Shown: in pieces, positions 61,631 through 64,000 of the stretch
Layout: each line of letters opens with the position of its first letter
Position numbering within the stretch: position 1 is the stretch's first letter
From: the human T2T-CHM13v2.0 reference genome, Homo sapiens
Strand: one strand, 5' to 3'
DNA length: 64,000 bases
Assembly (NCBI RefSeq): GCF_009914755.1
Contig: NC_060928.1
Program-made: the position numbers and the translations under genes
The notes under the pieces: model-generated
What the model was told of the DNA's origin: nothing
Seen by the model: the letters and a program-made list of their open reading frames with translations, nothing else
Databases searched by the model: none

Positions 61631-63365
61631 AATAAGAGCTAGTAGTTGCCCTACATGATAAGGGCTGAAACCAGAGTAGAGCATTTTAAAGAGTAAATAA
61701 AACTTCAGAAAGTAAAATTAGCAAATATATACAGTTGTAGCAGTTAGCAACAGTTGTAGGAGCATAAAGAGTTCAGCATGGTTTCTATTTAATTTCATTT
61801 TACATGGGAGAAACTAAAGCATGTTTAAATTATAAGAAACATCTAGATATGAGACAGATTTAAGTAAGTTCATAAGTTAGTAGCCAAAAGTTGAAGAGGT
61901 GGTAAGCTAACAACTTCATTTTTTTTTTTCTGTGAATTATGAGACATGATTATCTGCTGGGAGCTGGAGGAGAAAATGAGTCAGTGTTTGGAGGTGAACT
62001 GTAGAAAAGGTTTGAAATTGTTGGTGTGGTCAATGGGCCAGAACCTACTAGGAAAATGTAATCAGACTGGAAGCAGTGTTGGAGGTACAACTGAGGTTGA
62101 TGGGCATGGATTTAGAAGCACACTGATTTAAATATTTTATCTGCAAGCCCGGAACTAACTTGTTTGTCATTTTCTGGAAACATTTTGAACATTTGAATAG
62201 GGTCTGACCGCGGGTTTAGTAAACTGAAAGGATTTGTTTTTCCTCTATTATTGAAAAGAAACAACTTTACGTAAGTATTCCTTCTTCCTAATTGCACTGT
62301 TACGTTAGGCCATTTCTACATAAACTTCCAGGTAGATTTATGAAGTACAGACTTAGTGTGGGGTATCATAAGTAGGTCATGCATACGGCAACTTTCATTT
62401 CATTGCTCTAGCACCTTTGGTGACATTGAAAGCACAAATGTAATCTTGTTCCTTGATCCAGCTGTAAATTTTCAATGTGAAATCATTTGAGTTTGTTCAC
62501 AGGAATTGTTCTGGATGTCTGTGGAATTGTAACAGCCACCAGAGGAAATATTTTTACTTACTTCCTCTCTTCTCTTGTACTAAAGAATCAAATTAGTGAC
62601 CACAGCTACCCTCCTTGTCATGACTGACACATAAGGAGAGCAGTCTGGCAGTTGACAATTAACAAATTGCATTTTTTTCTTTTTCCTGGGGGCATTAGGG
62701 ACATGATATTTCTCTGCTATTTTCACTAATTAGGAACGGGTAAATCTCCTAAGACCCTGTGATTGGATTCAGTTTGGATAAGGTTTATCTGGTTGTCAAA
62801 TTGATACATGATATGAAATGAGTCAGAACTGTCTACATCTTTACACCTAACTGAATTAGCGCTTCTCTTGCATCTAATGATCCCAGCCTGTCTTCTTTGT
62901 TCTGTCATGAATTGACTCATTATAATCCACTTTGGATTGTTCTACTCTAACCTCCGACCTATCTTTCAAATCCCACTTTATACCTAAATATTATTTTTCT
63001 GTCTTATGGGCAATAAATGGTGTGTGGGTTGGAAGCAGCTTAACATAAGAATGATTTGATGCTCCAGTCATCCTAAAAATGAGATTGTTCTGAGAGAGAA
63101 ACTAACAACCTAATAATGCATTAGATCAGTCAGATGCAAATTCTTCTTGATGTAACAGAATAACTTCTGAGAGGGAGCAGGGCTTTGACTTATTAACACA
63201 TCTAAATAAAAATCCATTGGTTAAAAGGGATTTGGAGGGGAAGAAGGGGATCATATAAATGATTTGAGCAGTTGAAGAAGTATTAGGCCATTGAAATTTG
63301 AGGAAACATTTTAGAAATTCTGGTAATATCCGTAATGTCTACTAACATGTATGTATTGCTTATGT

Positions 63366-63972
63366 TGCAGCTCAGAAAATGATACCCGAACTTCTTCTGA
63401 CCCCCTTTCTTTCAGCCTCATTCTCCCCCAGAGGTTAACCACCAGAAACTAGATTCCCTGTTCTCCAAGGCAGGTCAGAGAAACTAGAACTCCATTTCTC
63501 CAAAGTCAGCCATAAAACCTAAAAATATTACTCTAACTTCCTTCCACATGTTTGTGTAAGAACTGGCCATAAAGAAATTCTCTGACCTACTGTGTCCGAT
63601 AGTAGGGTCATAAGACCCCTGTTCCAGAAAGGGTCATCTGACATACCCCGTAGAAATTAATGCTGCACAGAGAGGTCAAGAAGAATCTGAACAGAGAGGC
63701 CTTTCTAGCTTTCCCCGATCAATCTATTTCCATTAGCTCATACACTTTTTGTCCAATCACATCTCTACAAGGCTGACACTGCTTCATCAAACCTAAGTAT
63801 AATATCAAATAGTTTCTTCTGTATCTTTGCATCTTTAATGTGAAGTCTCTCATCATGTAAACTTAATTAAATTTGTTATGCTTTTCTCTTATTGTTCTGT
63901 CTTTCAATATAGAAGTGTTGACTGTGACCCTTATAATGTGTGGGAAAAAAAGTAATACTCTTTTCACCCCGT
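63366..63972 (+). mobile_element. ERV1 solo LTR (MER39-like)
   Basis: GCTCAGAAAATGATACCC..GCCATAAAACCTAAAAATATTACTCTAAC..GGTCATAAGACCCC..AAATTTGTTATGCTTTTCTCTT. Confidence 0.8.
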
Positions 63973-64000
63973 GAGTGTTTCACCATACTCTAAAAGATTT

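Noticed and set aside
62534-62548. CCACCAGAGG as a CTCF site
   Set aside because: Lacks the 3' GGC/GCGC part of the motif; partial match only.

Overview
This is primate (most likely human) AT-rich, gene-poor genomic DNA dominated by interspersed repeats. It holds a full-length but inactivated L1PA4-6-type LINE-1 (7240-13403, -), several older or truncated L1s, 13 Alus, a near full-length Tigger2 DNA transposon, MER2/Tigger remnants, MaLR and ERV1 solo LTRs, L2/MIR relics and microsatellites. I cannot support any cellular protein-coding exon, tRNA/rRNA, CpG island or CRISPR array. All long ORFs in the track derive from L1, Alu or Tigger. I found no convincing new biological system. The most interesting signals are retrotransposon-driven rearrangements: (1) a probable L1 3' transduction with target-site deletion at 371-1905; (2) two separately inserted Alus sharing a private internal duplication, suggesting templated copying between neighbours; (3) two Alus inserted sequentially at the same nick, next to an inverted Alu; (4) a young 195-bp in-frame tandem duplication in Tigger2. 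There are also a few speculative exon and enhancer candidates. Subfamily calls come from recalled consensus sequences and need RepeatMasker/Dfam confirmation.
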